In this document: positions 1 through 11,948 of the stretch, in pieces
How positions within the stretch are numbered: position 1 is the stretch's first letter
Layout: the number at the start of each line of letters is the position of its first letter
Assembly: GCF_964204645.1 (NCBI RefSeq)
Contig: NC_134027.1
Span: 186,001-250,000 of the forward strand
Source of the DNA: Tubulanus polymorphus
Taxonomy: Eukaryota > Animalia > Nemertea
Direction: 5' to 3'
DNA: 64,000 bases
The notes under the pieces: model-generated
The model's database searches: none
What the model was told of the DNA's origin: nothing
The model's input: only the letters and a program-made list of their open reading frames with translations
Position numbers and translations under genes: made by a program

Positions 1-107
1 AAACTGCCATTTTTCGCGGACTTTGGGTTCGAATCCGCGTTGACCCGGACCGGGTGAAGATGCCTGACCAGTGAACTGTTTGCCGTCCCCTTTCGGGTGG
101 TTTCTAC

Positions 108-141
108 CATAGAACTATAACCGAATTACGTTAGTTCTATG
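108..141. mobile_element. 34-bp micro-element CATAGAACTA...TAGTTCTATG with 7-bp flanking duplication TTTCTAC
   Basis: 10-bp terminal inverted repeat; TTTCTAC at 101-107 and 142-148. Confidence 0.6.
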
Positions 142-978
142 TTTCTACCATCCTTCGTCAGTCTAAAAGATTTTTTTATGGAAATAAAGGTTTCAGTTTA
201 AACAGTTCTAATAAGTTTTAGTTCACAAATTCACCGCTAATGTTGTATTTGGAGGCAGCACGTAACAGTCAACAATCTGACAACTTATAATATTCCATCT
301 GTGGCATGTGAATAAATAAAAGTAAAACAGAATCTTCAACTGAAATGATGTCTGGTGCGCATCCACACGTATCAATTGTTTACATAATAAACTTAGTATA
401 AACATTTTAGAATATATTATCTCCATAGATTGACTTTATTTGCTTGATTAGTTTTAAATTCTGAATCATTTGATTTACTTTTATGTTAGACCGTTTCGTT
501 GGATCACGTCTTCGGTATTCTACCCTGTAAACAACATGGCGTCGATGTTGTCAAAATAACTCGAATTTTATCGAATTTTTGTCGAGTTTGCCTCCATCAT
601 TGGTAAGTGTATATTCTTATCGATATCTCCCGGTTTATCGCTCATGTCACGAACGATCAGTGAATTTCTGATGTTTTCTGTCGCTGATTTCTTCTGATTT
701 TGTGCAAATGAATCGGGTTACCATCAACAAATCAAATTCACGATTTTATTGTTGTCGTTGAGACAACCATATCATTTGCAAATTGAAATCCTCACCTAAG
801 CCTGTTAGTTACAATATGGAGTGACACATGATCGTAAGGATAGGCTGTAACCGCAAGGCTGAGTTGCTAATAGAAATTGGCGATTATTTTCAAAATCAAA
901 CAAAATTGGCGAAAAATTACATTTAAATCCTGGCCCGAATGTTTCTCACATTTATTTCAGGTGTTGATTCTAGTGGCG

Positions 979-3357
979 ATGGATGACCCGTTCCTGTGTT
1001 CATGTAAAGCCTGTACGCGATTCTGGAAAATCAATTTCGGCAAATATTCACCGGAACTATTACAGACATCACCGATATGCCGTACTGCTAATACCGCTAC
1101 ACTTCTCTGGCAGAAAGGATTAATCAAAGTTGGAGACCGTGTGAAAGTTGCAGGAAAATATCCAGGTATCAATTCGAAATAAAAATCTATGAATTAGATT
1201 TCATGACCAGTCTAAGCCCGTCTTATTTCTGATCATCTAAAAACACTTGAGACCATTTTTTTCAATTTCTGTCATGACTATTATTTGAGATACAGGGTGC
1301 AAATCAACAGTTGATGATTTTGAAATTTATTCTATGACATTATTTACTCAAACTTTATCATCATTTCATTTCTCTGTTGATGAAGTTGAGTCGAAACTTT
1401 GAGACTAAACCGTAAACTGTTTATTAAGTGTGAAATACCGAGATCAATTTTTCGTCATGCAGAAATAGAAGTAAAATATATAATTTTGTTTTGTTGTTTT
1501 AGGGTTAGTGAAATTTGTTGGAAGTTTAGATGAAAATCTAATGGCTCCAGAAGTTTATGTTGGAGTCTCATTGTATGATAACAGTAAGTAGGTTTAATCA
1601 CACGTGTGATCAGTTTGTTGTTAGATTGTTCTGAATAGAGTCACAGGACCCTATTCAGTTTTTAAAGAACAACTTTTAAGAAACTGTGTACCCTTTTTTT
1701 GCGTGAAATTGGATGGTTGTGTATTATGAATCATGACTTCAAATTAGCCTCTAAAATGCATCTGGCGGGCTTCATTTAAAAAAAATCTTCATGGTCCCTT
1801 GTTCTGGGATTATGGGTCCCTACTTCATTAGTTCTCAGCCCCAAAGTAGAATTTTGATTTAACTGAATGCGGATTTCAATGTTTGTTTGTTTGTAGTTGG
1901 TTCAACTCATAACGGTGTGTATGATGGTAAACGTTATTTTCACTGCGCTCGAGGTCACGGAGCGTTCGTTCCTTACTCTCATGTACGCCTGATTACTCCA
2001 CCTGAGAAACATCCTCCGATACGCGGTAATTACATGTTCAAAAACTACGAGGAAATTAAAAAACGACGAAGGCTTCGAAGACAAAAGTAAGTTTCATTCG
2101 TAGTCAGTGTTTTCCTCGACAGGTTTTAGCTGAAGATATCTTTTGATTTCAGGGAAATATTGGGATTTTCTATTCCCCGATCATTAAAAACCCTGAGTCT
2201 AATCATAGAACTCTATAGAGTTCTATGGTCTAATGATTCGTATTTTGTTTTTATCATAGAACAAGAAACTTATTTTGACTGTATAGAATTTCCACATCTT
2301 GAAATAAACAGATCAATCTTTAGTCAGGGTTCCTACGGATCAGGCAAAATCAGGCTATTCTACGTGAAAAAAATAATCTCGAATTCATTCTTCGGTTTGT
2401 AGAGATCCAAATTTTGAAATTGGAATGACGTTAGAGGAAAGACAGATGAGAAGACCGAGTACAAGCAGTAGTTCAACTTTAACAGCTGGCGATCCTTTAG
2501 ATGTCAAATACTTGGTAAATATCTCAAAATCAAATTTCGTAATAAAACTTTCATTCGCACTGTTTCAGATTATAAGAAAAGTTCGGCTAAACTTGTGAGG
2601 AGCGTAAACATTGATAGTTGTTTCACTGATGTAAACATTGATAGTTGTTTCACTGATGTAAACATTGATAGTTGTTTCACTGATGTAAACATTGATAGTT
2701 GTTTCACTGATGTAAACATTGATAGTTGTTTCACTGATGTAAACATTGATAGTTGTTTCACTGATGTAAACATTGATAGTTGTTTCACTGATGTAAACAT
2801 TGATAGTTGTTTCACTGATGTAAACATTGATAGTTGTTTCACTGATGTAAACATTGATAGTTGTTTCACTGATGTAAACATTGATAGTTGTTTCACTGAT
2901 GTAAACATTGATAGTTGTTTCACTGATGTAAACATTGATAGTTGTTTCACTGATGTAAACATTGATAGTTGTTTCACTGATGTAAACATTGATAGTTGTT
3001 TCACTGATGTAAACATTGATAGTTGTTTCACTGATGTAAACATTGATAGTTGTTTCACTGATGTAAACATTGATAGTTGTTTCACTGATTGCTTGATCTC
3101 TTTTATTCCAGGATCTCATGAAACAAAACGAAAAAAATGCTCGAAAACTTCGTCGTCAAAGTAACAGCACGGTCAGTCTGCCGGAGATTCCGTCGACGAC
3201 GACGTATAAAGATAAACAATTCGAGAAATGGAAGAAGGAATTTGGAGGCGGGGAACGAGGAGAGAAAATGGCGCGGACTTTAGAACGGTTACACGTCGCG
3301 TTCGATAAAGGATTGGAATTAGAAAATGAAACCAATGATTCGCTGTATGATTATTGA
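979..3357 (+). CDS. Small CAP-Gly domain protein, 5 coding exons (979-1165, 1503-1583, 1897-2086, 2403-2514, 3112-3357), 271 aa
   Basis: The GT-AG junctions join in frame (816 nt total). The spliced protein reads IKVGDRVKVAGKYPGLVKFVGSL...VYVGVSLYDNIGSTHNGVYDGKRYFHCARGHGAFVP, which is the CAP-Gly consensus. A probable non-coding upstream exon ends at 602 (G|GTAAGT), with the acceptor at 960. Confidence 0.85.
2204..2227. mobile_element. 24-bp perfect palindrome CATAGAACTCTATAGAGTTCTATG with 7-bp flanking duplication GTCTAAT
   Basis: GTCTAAT at 2197-2203 and 2228-2234; same termini as the element at 108-141. Confidence 0.65.
2604..3089. repeat. Perfect intronic minisatellite, 18 x 27 bp (GTAAACATTGATAGTTGTTTCACTGAT)
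   Basis: 486 bp = 18 x 27; the copies appear identical; it explains the periodic 9-aa ORFs. Confidence 0.97.
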
Positions 3358-5119
3358 TCCACAGTTCCACTGTTTTATAGCAGGACCTCAAATATAGCTG
3401 ATCTAGTGTTGAGACCAGTTTTAAGATTTTTTGTGTTTTATATCAGGATTTTCCTCGAATGAGTTTGTTTCTTATTTACGATTCAGTATTTTGTTAGAAT
3501 TTTTTTCTATTTCAATATCTGTAAAATCGAAAAAGCCTTATCTAAAGGTATACTGCTGTTATAGATCAAGTCAGTGCTAGTAAACCAAAGATTCTACTCT
3601 TTTCAGTGTCATATGATGAGTTGTTTTGAAAGCGAAAGTTTATTTCAAAACTATAAAATATTTGTCAGAATGTACTTTTTCTGAGATCACGATTTGATGT
3701 CAATTCTTTCCGTCCAAACATGACATAATGATATTTAGTAAATGATATATTTTTTACATTTATCCACATTCAAAACTTGTTGTCAAACTAATAAAATGTT
3801 TTACATGGAAATAATAAATATATTTATCAACATTAAATCGGACATTTTCGTTTTCAAGTGGTGACACCTGGTAGAGCTTATGAAAACTAGAATCATTTTC
3901 CGCCCTAGACGGTTCCCTACTCAACTGGCCTGGAAGTTTTGATAGTGTTTCTCTGCATTCCCCGTGGTAACAACATCAGTTATATTTGAAATTTCATCTA
4001 TACATCAAAAGGTCTAACGGCAGGGCGCATGCTAGGCGCGCGTCTCGGGTGTCCCAATTCACACGGATTATAAAAGTAAACCAAGCTGATCTTTACTCGT
4101 GTTTCTACGGAGATTTTAGGAAATCGGTGCTTTATGATGCAATAGATTCAATGAAGCTGATTGTATGCTTCCTAGCGGGAGAGGAGTCGCGTGAAGGAGA
4201 CAAAGGGCGCGCGAGCTGGGACATGGCGGTTAAAATAATCCATTCCAGAATATGTCAGAAAGGCCTGAGCGCATATGAATTGTACGATGAAAGAACCTTC
4301 TCTAGAGAGAATTATTAATGAAAAAGTGATAGCAAATTAACGTTAGTTCAATAAATCGTTGTGCAAACTGGCAGTGAAGTTGATTTCGGTAATTTTGTAT
4401 TCATTCAAAATTAATGATGTTTTCATATCATTTTTGATGATGATCAAAGTTGACACGGTGTAAATTATACCCACTCGTCCGCGGGCTCTCAGTTTGCCCA
4501 AATTGCTGTCACTTTTCACGCTCAGGCATGGTCCAAAACCGTTAGTCTGGTGACAATAGCTGATTAATTAGTGACATTGTTTCTTAAAGCAGCGCGGATC
4601 ATGAATTGTTAACGGTTTTGAACGTGTCAAATTGGGTCTAATCTCTAACCACGGCGCTCATGCATTAATCATCAGCAATTGCTCTTCAAACTTCAGTCCT
4701 CAATTAAACCACCGTCATTTTTTCTTTTTCTTTCTTTCCCAAATACATTCAAAGTTCCTCGAATTAAAACATAAATCAATGCTTAAAAATATATTTTCAA
4801 AAATAAGCTTACATGAAGTTCATGGATATTTCTGAAATAACACATGTTTCTCTGAAAAGCATTAAGTTATTTCCTGAAACTCTAAATTTTTAGATAAAAA
4901 ATAATGAAAAAAGTACAGATTTATAGCTGTTATTAAATTCATCTTAACACGAAAATCCTAAAGCGATTTTACTGAAAGCCTCCAAACTAAATGATTTTAT
5001 TTTTTCAGTAATAATTATTTCATCTAATTAGGATTCGAACGTATAGGTCACGACTTGCGTTAATTAATCCATTTAATTATGAATTATTGAGGTAATTCCC
5101 GACGGGACACCCCCGAGCG

Positions 5120-5200
5120 TTCTGATTGGTCGAAAGGCATCACATGGTCAGCGTGACGTCATTATCGTGACGTATTTCCCATTGGCAACGCGGCCATCAT
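5120..5200 (+). promoter_or_regulatory. Probable DYRK proximal promoter (two CCAAT boxes, CRE)
   Basis: ATTGG at 5125 and 5181, palindromic TGACGTCA at 5154-5161 and a CpG-rich context, about 200 bp upstream of the ATG. Confidence 0.55.
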
Positions 5201-5377
5201 TGAAAACAGAACAGTAATTCCGAGCTGGACTATCGCCGAAAATAGGGCTCTGACAAGTAGATAGGTGGCCCGATGCAGCCGAAACCCGCGCCAGTAGACA
5301 GAGTAAATACCGAGGAATAGAAAGAGCGTTTCAGCTGAGGAATAGCGGCTGAATTGAGTCAGGAATAAACAGGTGAA

Positions 5378-7129
5378 ATGTCTACTCGAGTTAAACCGAT
5401 GCCCATTCAAAGAGCGCGATCTTTAGTGGGAACAACAACAACCGGGGATAACATGTACGCGATAGAGAATCCACCATCAACTCATCTACCCCCGTTAACC
5501 AGTCAAACAGTCGGGGGTTCTACGCATCACGTCCAGTTAACGGCTCAGCCTCATCAATCCGTTAAAGTGCAACAACTTTACGAAGAGAGTAAACATCACC
5601 ATGAGAAACATCATCGCGAATCGCATAGAGCAGGTGAGAAAGAGAATCAGACAGCCGGCGACCGTTATCAGCCGCAACAGAACGCAATCGTACGCCCGGG
5701 CTCGAGTCAGGGCAGTCTGACGAAAACTACCACGACAACGACGAATTCATCGGGAAAACGCAGCAACGCGATGAGCCCGGAGATCGCCATGAAACAATAC
5801 ATGCATAAACTATCATCTTACGAGCATCACGAGATATTCAGCTACCCGCAGGTTTACTTCGTCGGCCCGAACGCCAAGAAACGTCAGGGCGTCGTCGGGG
5901 GTCCCAACAATAACGGTTACGACGACGACCAGGGTTCGTATATACACATACCGCACGATCATATCTCGTATCGTTACGAGGTCCTCAAGGTCATCGGTAA
6001 GGGCAGTTTCGGTCAGGTGGTAAAAGCGTACGATCATAAAAACCAGGTCCACGTCGCATTGAAAATGGTTCGCAACGAAAAACGTTTTCATCGTCAAGCG
6101 CAAGAGGAGATCAGAATTCTGGAACATCTGAAAAAACAGGATAAAGAAAATGCGAATAATATTATTCATATCGTGGAGCACTTTGTGTTCCGTAATCATA
6201 TCTGTATCACGTTCGAACTGCTCAGTATGAACCTTTACGAGTTAATCAAGAAAAATAAATTCCAGGGTTTCAGTTTGCAGTTGGTGCGTAAATTCGCTCA
6301 TTCGATTCTACAATGCCTCGACGCGTTGCATAAAAACCGAATCATTCATTGCGACCTTAAACCGGAGAATATCCTGTTGAAACAGCAAGGTCGCAGCGGA
6401 ATCAAGGTCATCGATTTCGGATCGAGTTGTTACGAACATCAGCGTATATATACTTATATCCAATCGAGGTTTTATCGCGCGCCGGAGGTCATACTCGGAG
6501 CGAAATACGGAATGCCGATCGATATGTGGAGTTTAGGATGTATCCTGGCTGAGTTATTAACGGGATATCCGCTGTTCCCCGGAGAGGACGAAGGCGATCA
6601 ACTCGCTTGCGTAATCGAGATGCTCGGAATGCCTCCGCAGAAACTTTTAGACCAATCGAAACGCGCGCGTAATTTCGTCAGTTCGAAGGGATTGCCGCGA
6701 TACTGTCCGGTTACGACGTTACCGGACGGGACGACCGTACTCCGCGAGGGTCGATCTCGACGCGGTAAAACCCGCGGTACCCCGGGTTCGAAGGCTCTCG
6801 TCACCGGGCTGAAGAACTGCGACGATCCTCTGTTCTTAGATTTTATGCGTCGATGTTTAGACTGGGATTACACGACGAGGATGACTCCGGGTCAAGCGCT
6901 CCGGCACGCCTGGCTCCGGCGCCGGCTACCTAAACCACCTCCCAACGAAAACGACTCTTCCGTCGTCAATCGACGCGCATCCGGTAATCGAGCAACTGTC
7001 GTCGCGGCGACCAACAAACTACCGCCGTCCGGTAGCGGTAAAGGTCAAGGACGTTTAGCGTTGGCGGATGAGGTTCCGACGTCTCTGAACACGAGAACGA
7101 CGCTTCCGAAAATCGGCTCGACGATCTGA
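5378..7129 (+). CDS. DYRK2: Dual-specificity tyrosine-phosphorylation-regulated kinase, class II (DYRK2/3-like), intronless CDS, 583 aa
   Basis: NAPA-like [34 protein letters not shown] box [30 protein letters not shown] and activation loop [13 protein letters not shown]. Confidence 0.95.
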   Translation: MSTRVKPMPIQRARSLVGTTTTGDNMYAIENPPSTHLPPLTSQTVGGSTHHVQLTAQPHQSVKVQQLYEESKHHHEKHHRESHRAGEKENQTAGDRYQPQQNAIVRPGSSQGSLTKTTTTTTNSSGKRSNAMSPEIAMKQYMHKLSSYEHHEIFSYPQVYFVGPNAKKRQGVVGGPNNNGYDDDQGSYIHIPHDHISYRYEVLKVIGKGSFGQVVKAYDHKNQVHVALKMVRNEKRFHRQAQEEIRILEHLKKQDKENANNIIHIVEHFVFRNHICITFELLSMNLYELIKKNKFQGFSLQLVRKFAHSILQCLDALHKNRIIHCDLKPENILLKQQGRSGIKVIDFGSSCYEHQRIYTYIQSRFYRAPEVILGAKYGMPIDMWSLGCILAELLTGYPLFPGEDEGDQLACVIEMLGMPPQKLLDQSKRARNFVSSKGLPRYCPVTTLPDGTTVLREGRSRRGKTRGTPGSKALVTGLKNCDDPLFLDFMRRCLDWDYTTRMTPGQALRHAWLRRRLPKPPPNENDSSVVNRRASGNRATVVAATNKLPPSGSGKGQGRLALADEVPTSLNTRTTLPKIGSTI

Positions 7130-9573
7130 CATCAGTTCGCTCGACTCAACCTAGGTGGCGTTTTAACCAAATAGACAATAATTCAATCATGACATTAATT
7201 AATTAAACACCGACACCGCAATTAATTAATTAAATATTTATTTATTTATTTGAAAACGAGAAAACGTGAAAAAAAAGATGATTGTGTGAGAAAAGCAACT
7301 GATTTTGCGTTTGGGTTTTTAGTTTCATATCAAACCAGAGAACAACAACAGACATCATCAGAGACAGACGCAGACGCGGGTGAAGCAGATATTTGTGTAA
7401 AATATTGATTTATTCGAAAAACGGGGAAAAAAACGAAAATTATCAACGTTTAGAAATATCAACCGTCCATCAGTATCTGGAGACTCCGAACGAACCCGTA
7501 CCTCGTCGATTAATCAAAAAATCATAATAAATCAGTTTTTTTATTAATTATAATCATAGTCTATGATTATGATGCGTGGAATTATTAATCGTTTGCGTTT
7601 TTGTTGCCGTGTGCGTTGTGTGTGCCCCGCGACGAGAGAGCGTGTGCCGTGAAAATAGACTGTGATTCAAAAAATATAAACGAGTTCAGCGGCGTTTAAT
7701 TCCGTCTCCTCGCGAGAAGAGAGGAATGAATAGTTTAAATTCACGCTCAGAATTCAATAATTCATTCATTTGTTTGCGGAGAAATTTAATGAATTATGGA
7801 TTTATAGGCCGTTCTACGACTGTGTCGTGTATGTGACATCTGTTTCATTGAGGAACGGTGAACATTCCAATTATATTCGGCATTAGTTGCTGAATATAAG
7901 AATCAATCTCATAAACCCCTCGGAGAGATTCTTGAATTGTTTTATTTTGCTGGAACTGGTTCCACAGTTCTCTTTAAAAAACTTCATTTGAAGTTCTGCA
8001 CTTTTTTGAGTCCCTATTTATGTATTTCCAATTCAATTTGCTAAATGTTAGTCGTCAATGTAATAATTATCCCAACGTCTAAAAACTGATTTTGGTGGCT
8101 CAAAACATACGAGTGAAATTTGAAGAGAATTGCGGAACTGACTTCTGGATACCGTGTTATTTGTTAATGTAATTATTCATTGTTAAATCATGTTATTGTT
8201 AAACGCATATTTTGTGTAGAGGGGTATTTTTATCATAGGGATAATTGATTACCAGCATAATTTAGTTTTTGGGACACGCGCCCAGCCCTGACCCAGTTTA
8301 GGGCACGCCTAGTCCGGAGCTGCGAATCGGGTTCAGAATCTGTGGAAGTGGAACTAGATCAAGAATCTGTAGAACTAGGTTTCAATTGTGGAACTGTGTC
8401 CCGAATATTCAGTTTTTCTTAAAGAAAAGAAATAATGTTTTTAATGAGCGTGACACACACACACACAGCTATAAGCTGCTTACAGCTATAAGCTGCTCGT
8501 GTCTCCTGTTATTATCACTGATTCCGAACTTATTCTATATAATAGTATTACAACAACCGCTAGCATACCGCACTGTGTTACCATGACAACATCTCCCCTC
8601 CCGGTATATCTGGTCTGTTGTCCCCGGTGCTGTGGACCGACCGGCGGCATGCAGACAGACGGATGATCAGTTTATCTGTGATGATTGTTCATTAGTTCTA
8701 TATCATTTTCCTCATTGAGAGAGACAGAGGGAGTAGTGTAATTATCTGATCAGTTTGACAACCTGGTTCCACAGTTCGAGACTAGAGCTTACTGAGTAAG
8801 ACTGTACTCATTTTTACTGTGGAACTGGATTCAGTTGTTCAAATGTTCAAAAGATTTTGAAATAATTTCAAAACTAAAATTTTTTAGAAATTGATTGTAC
8901 CTGGTAAATGTACCGATGTAACAGACCTCCCCCCTGGTCGCCCTCCTCTGTCCCCTCACCCACCAATCTGTATCTAAACAGACTGTATCAGGTCAGTGAT
9001 CAATGATGACTTGTAACTGAGAGACTTGTGCGCGATTAGTTTTAAATTGAGGAGCTGTTTATAATCATTGATTGTTATTGGCTGCGGTTTATGTTCCAAT
9101 TCTGAACACCTGTTTAACCATTAGAGTCACATTCCATGAAATAAATTCATGTGTATTTTTTAACTGTATTGTTTAATAATATCTCGAGAGTATCTCCACT
9201 GTCGGCGGTGTGGTTTTAAAATGGCTGCCGTTTTGTCATGCGTTCAATGTTTTAATAGATCTATTTTTAAACTCGTCTGTTTCCTAGGTTTGAACCTGGT
9301 TTTTTATTGCTACGGTCGACATGCTACCTATCGAAGCTTAACCATAGATTTTAGTTGAAATTTATCTTTGATGCAGTAAACTCTGTCTTGTTCGGTAGCA
9401 ATTCAATATTTCACCGAGTTTGGATTCAGAGTTCAGTTTCACTAAAAAAAGGATTAATTCGATTTAAAATTAATGACAAAACGACGAAAAGTTATTTTTT
9501 TTTTTGTAAAACTCGATCTTGGAAAATTAAATGTTTATTCAAATAGGTTTTAGCAGAATTCATCTTAATTAAA

Positions 9574-9660
9574 TGACCAGTTTGGCAGAGTTGACCGGTA
9601 GCGACCTGTTTGGCAGAGTTGACCAGTATCGACCAGTTTGGCAGAGTTGACCAGTATCGA
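9574..9660. repeat. Three ~28-bp tandem copies (GACCAGTTTGGCAGAGTTGACCAGTATC)
   Basis: Visible tandem copies with small variations. Confidence 0.8.
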
Positions 9661-10996
9661 TTATTAGAAAACAGTTGACTGTATTGGTTATTTTTTAGTA
9701 ATAAGTCAACGATCATGTTTTAAATCAGGTTTATTTTACCCGGGCTCCAGAAGAACATGTTTTCATACTGCTTGCTCCAGTGACAATCAGTTAGTCATCA
9801 ATTAGAGAATTTGAAACTGTGAATTTAGAGTATTTTTTGGTTTTAAGAATTAAGGTTTTATGTTTGCTTCGATTCACCATATTTTAATGCATGTTCTTTA
9901 TTTTTGCCGTGGTTTAAAAAACTTTGATTATTTCGAAATCAATCTTGTATTGTTTTTTTTTTAAATCGATTGATTTTTAACGACTGGTCGTTCTGCGATA
10001 CGCGATCTATAATGATTAGTCACTCTCTTAAAAAATAGCACAAATTATATCTCGGTGTCTGAGATAGAAAGAACCCTCCACCGATACTGTAGACCTCTGT
10101 AAAATTGCGGACAAATTGACATTTGCTAAAACCAACAAGTTTTAAATTGAGAAGATTCGCAATATCTGTGTAAGATGAATATACAGAGAAAATACCTCAT
10201 TAATTCAACCAAATATGAAATGTTATTGGCGAGTAAAAGAGAATATATTTTAGAACAAATTTTCAGTTAAATATGAATATCTTGTGAACTGTTCGCCTGA
10301 TGATGTCTTATAGTGTTTTAGCCGAAATGTTGCTCATCTTCTATTCAGCTTTACATTTTTGGCTGAATTATTGTGGGGATTTCTCTTGTGAATTTAGCAA
10401 GTTTTATTTGGCAAAAAAAACACCTAAAAACTTGTGAATCATGTTTAGTTCAGAGAATATCTCAATTCTGATCGGTTGAAGAAGTTTCTGGTGTTTTCTG
10501 TGTCGTTGCTTTATGTCTAATATTTGTGTGCTAATATCTCATGTGTGCCTATAAATAATAATTATTATAATAAATAATTATATTAATATTTATTCAAAGT
10601 ACAAAAATAGACACCAACAACAGCAGCAGCAGTGTAACAGTGTATATTGTATTATTTAATTATATGTAATTTCTGTGATTATAAGAAAAAGTACAAAGTT
10701 ATTTTTTTCTTATTTTAAATATTTTACTCTTTTTGTGAGTAAATATATTCGGTAACTCAGAAATATAAATATATATATTACAGTTTGTATGTGATTATGA
10801 AATGATGACATATCTGCTATTTGAAGTTGTCCGATCTGTGTCAGTCAGTTGAGTGGTGACAATGTTACTATAAATACAACCCCATAGTTTACTGTAAACT
10901 GGCTTCCAGTTTCACTGTATCAGCGACAACATGAGAGTGTAGATCTACCGACTCTACAACCTGTTACTTACACCCCCTCAGACAATCACCATTTTA

Positions 10997-11164
10997 AGGC
11001 TAAGATAAAATGATACCTTGTTTCTCATGATCCGCAGTTCATTTCTATAACTGCCAGCTCTCTGCGGTCAGCTCGATCCTGATTTTAAGAAGGGTAGATA
11101 GGCGGCCGGGTCAACTTTTTAAGCTCAGCAGAAATAAGAAGCATGGTATCAATTGTTTAGCCTA
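10997..11164. mobile_element. MITE-like element with imperfect TIRs (AGGCTAA...TGATACC / GGTATCA...TTAGCCT); related copy at ~63605-63676 on the opposite strand
   Basis: The ends are inverted. The internal stretch GGTAGATAGGCGGCyGGGTCAA...TTAAGCTCAGCAGA recurs reverse-complemented near 63640-63676. Confidence 0.55.
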
Positions 11165-11662
11165 ATGTGAAGTGTGGACGATCCTGGTGTTTGTAGTTCA
11201 ATAATGATTATCTCGGGTGAAGCACTGAACACATGTAAAGTGTGGACGATCAAAAATTAGGAGAATGTCTTATCGGGTGCAGGGTCCAGGCCGTAGATTG
11301 TAGATCTGCATAAATGATAAATAAAAACTTGTTGTATATTTTTTAGTGTAAATAACAAATAATCGTGAGATTTTGACTGAAGACTATTGTAAATGTTATA
11401 GTTCATCATCAATCAGATCAGTGGTTTTGGCTTTTTGAAATATTTGACGAAATTCTTTGAATTTAAAACCATGAAACCAACTTTTGACATCCTCTCAATT
11501 ATCTACCGAAGTGCTGGCCTACTTAAAAACAAAAAATTAAATACAAAATTGTTTTGTACGTATGAATTTTATAAATTATGTCACAGCCAATTAAAAATGG
11601 TAGTTTCTACAGTATTTCACGTGTTTTTCGTAATTTATCGTTTTGTTGGAGTTTGAACGTTG

Positions 11663-11948
11663 AACCCCCGGGATCAGTGAAGGATGTCAGTGGTTCAGGT
11701 TCCCTCTCGTCTCTCATCAAACCCCCGGGATCAGTGAAGGACGTCAGTGGTTGAGGTTCCCTCTCGTCTCTCATCAAACCCCCGGGATCAGTGAAGGACG
11801 TCAGTGGTTGAGGTTCCCTCTCGTCTCTCATCAAACCCCCGGGATCAGTGAAGGACGTCAGTGGTTGAGGTTCCCTCTCGTCTCTCATCAAACCCCCGGG
11901 ATCAGTGAAGGATGTCAGTGGTTGAGGTTCCCTCTCGTCTCTCATCAA
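11663..11948. repeat. Minisatellite, 5 x 57 bp
   Basis: Unit AACCCCCGGGATCAGTGAAGGACGTCAGTGGTTGAGGTTCCCTCTCGTCTCTCATCA; it gives the 19-aa periodic ORFs. Confidence 0.95.

Noticed and set aside
2604-3089. CRISPR array or repeat-protein ORFs (three ORFs of 171-189 aa)
   Set aside because: Units are head-to-tail with no unique spacers, there are no cas genes, and the array sits in a spliceosomal intron. The ORFs are a by-product of a stop-free 27-bp unit.
5813-6804. Antisense ORFs within DYRK (also those opposite the SPMIP1-like genes and the GPCR)
   Set aside because: Shadow ORFs of real coding sequence with no independent evidence.
11663-11948. Tandem C/D-box snoRNAs on the minus strand (TGATGA...CTGA)
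   Set aside because: The unit is too short, lacks a terminal stem and a host intron, and box C lacks the leading purine.
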